From: Alphaproteobacteria bacterium
GTDB lineage: Bacteria > Pseudomonadota > Alphaproteobacteria > Bin95
Direction: 5' to 3'
NCBI GenBank assembly: GCA_964291285.2
Contig: OZ219786.1
Span: forward strand, 416,001-480,000
DNA length: 64,000 nt
Shown here: positions 63,901 to 64,000 of the stretch, in pieces
Layout of the letters: every line of letters starts with the position of its first letter
How positions within the stretch are numbered: position 1 is the first letter of the stretch
The notes under the pieces: model-generated
What the model was told of the DNA's origin: nothing
Databases searched by the model: none
What the model saw: only the letters and a program-made list of their open reading frames with translations
Program-made: the position numbers and the translations under genes

Positions 63901-64000
63901 ACCGCCGGCAGCGGGCCGCGCCGCCCCGGGGAAAGCCCCGGCCTCTCCGTCCGCCGGCACGCCGACCGCGCCGCCGTCCAGCGCATCATTGCCGCGTCCA
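60991..64000 (+). CDS. MOBF relaxase-helicase (TrwC/TraI-like), runs off the window
   Basis: Read by hand in frame +1: SYYIES...GYYTG, GFDMTFSADKSIS, HRTSREGDPQLHVH, GAAGSGKS, VDEAGM, GDTRQ, YAYAAT..AQGLT. Confidence 0.92.
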   Translation, partial: MVATLAKMAVPSYYIESQAAHEGYYTGGGKERPGEWHNPAGLFGLKNGGIVWEKKFYALCAGHSPDLDGTSLVQNAGSEKRSPGFDMTFSADKSISALWAITPRAEDREKIERAVIDAARCALDETVFQHCATTRVGKAGVDRRVETGDMLAATFLHRTSREGDPQLHVHATIFNAVKTHCDGKYRALHGYPLYSWKKAAGAAFRGHLAHIMQERLGIAMERHGPEGQYSRVREMDPELEQVWSKRRAAIVAAVAEHLGEEALSNPAQMAAATLATRSHKPEGGPTTEEDIERFLEEAAEVVDVEELRDRIHAAGIEELTRERIEEIHAEITAIPGKLAQMEAIFNVPNIIEKLENALAGAVDREAMGRWREVALGNAELVSLQYPEPGIEAQAGMAHKRIFTTGDTLRAEHTLRHVSALSVSDRTHAVEPGKVARLLEELASKGKRFSAEQRKAIDHAAAESGRIALIEGAAGSGKSHVLGPLADLWRAEGRTVRALAVAWSVAVELASDIDAPPSAVHPFLRKVNKGAVDIGPDNVLVVDEAGMLSTRQTLQLVRLSERTGCKLVLVGDTRQQQPIEAGPGMRIVRDRVKGVRIDRIRRQKATPEDFLREVDGLPAGEAMERAAAMTREDRAAARKRYTAMNRERKAAGEKPLRIERPWQLGVSALLRTGAMHQAFTELHKRGRLALAEGKEDALLRLVAHWSAYMAENPEHDAVVMARTRADVRALNALLRARHHAATGSPGHDPARDTAVIRIHRLRDRGKALEDDFEVRVGDRLRIGSTVSRLGLYNRDVVTVTGLEKRETEDGKTQVLITARTGDRRTIRFEPGDIRNWLGEITIDYAYAATCTAAQGLTIDAGFVLLDEGMARETAYPACTRHTDHLQVVADRLPVAIAIAGATPDGEPGREVSDDEVLMTLGRLCGRSQPKEAATDYILAANEQEYLAQGELELGRDPIEPAIPANDALEPGTAGSGPRRPGESPGLSVRRHADRAAVQRIIAAS

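Overview
High-GC mobile DNA with alphaproteobacterial-type plasmid/ICE genes; no rRNA or tRNA was recognised. 1-26 kb is a nested IS graveyard: a tandem IS701-like dimer, an IS21 relic, three IS1380 pieces, IS630 plus a 133-bp MITE, and IS256. Around these sit an IS-broken AAA-ATPase/S8-peptidase (IetAS-like) pair, two tandem tyrosine integrases and two RTX-repeat genes. 29-41 kb carries ribbon-helix-helix paralogues, an intact AbiE toxin-antitoxin pair, a truncated DISARM drmD, an orphan type I-E cas3 and IS1634. One isolated I-E CRISPR repeat lies at 24.8 kb. 42-64 kb is a co-oriented backbone: Rep-like gene, parA, parB, DUF5131, thermonuclease, a large serine recombinase, two toprim genes, a probable oriT region, a catalytically dead MOBF relaxase paralogue, and an intact MOBF relaxase-helicase running off the window. 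The most striking unexplained structure is a set of at least 11 single-gene cassettes (27-29.6 kb and 52.6-59 kb). Each is preceded by a conserved hairpin leader (YYCCCGGC / inner stem-loop / (G)AAAG bulge / GYSGGGAAGGGG) and many are followed by a similar terminator. They encode SSBs, 43-aa CxxC-x11-CxxC repeat proteins and several unknown small proteins, in shuffled order. The 52.6-59 kb set occupies the expected leading-region position. Family assignments are from motif recognition by eye; no database search was run.
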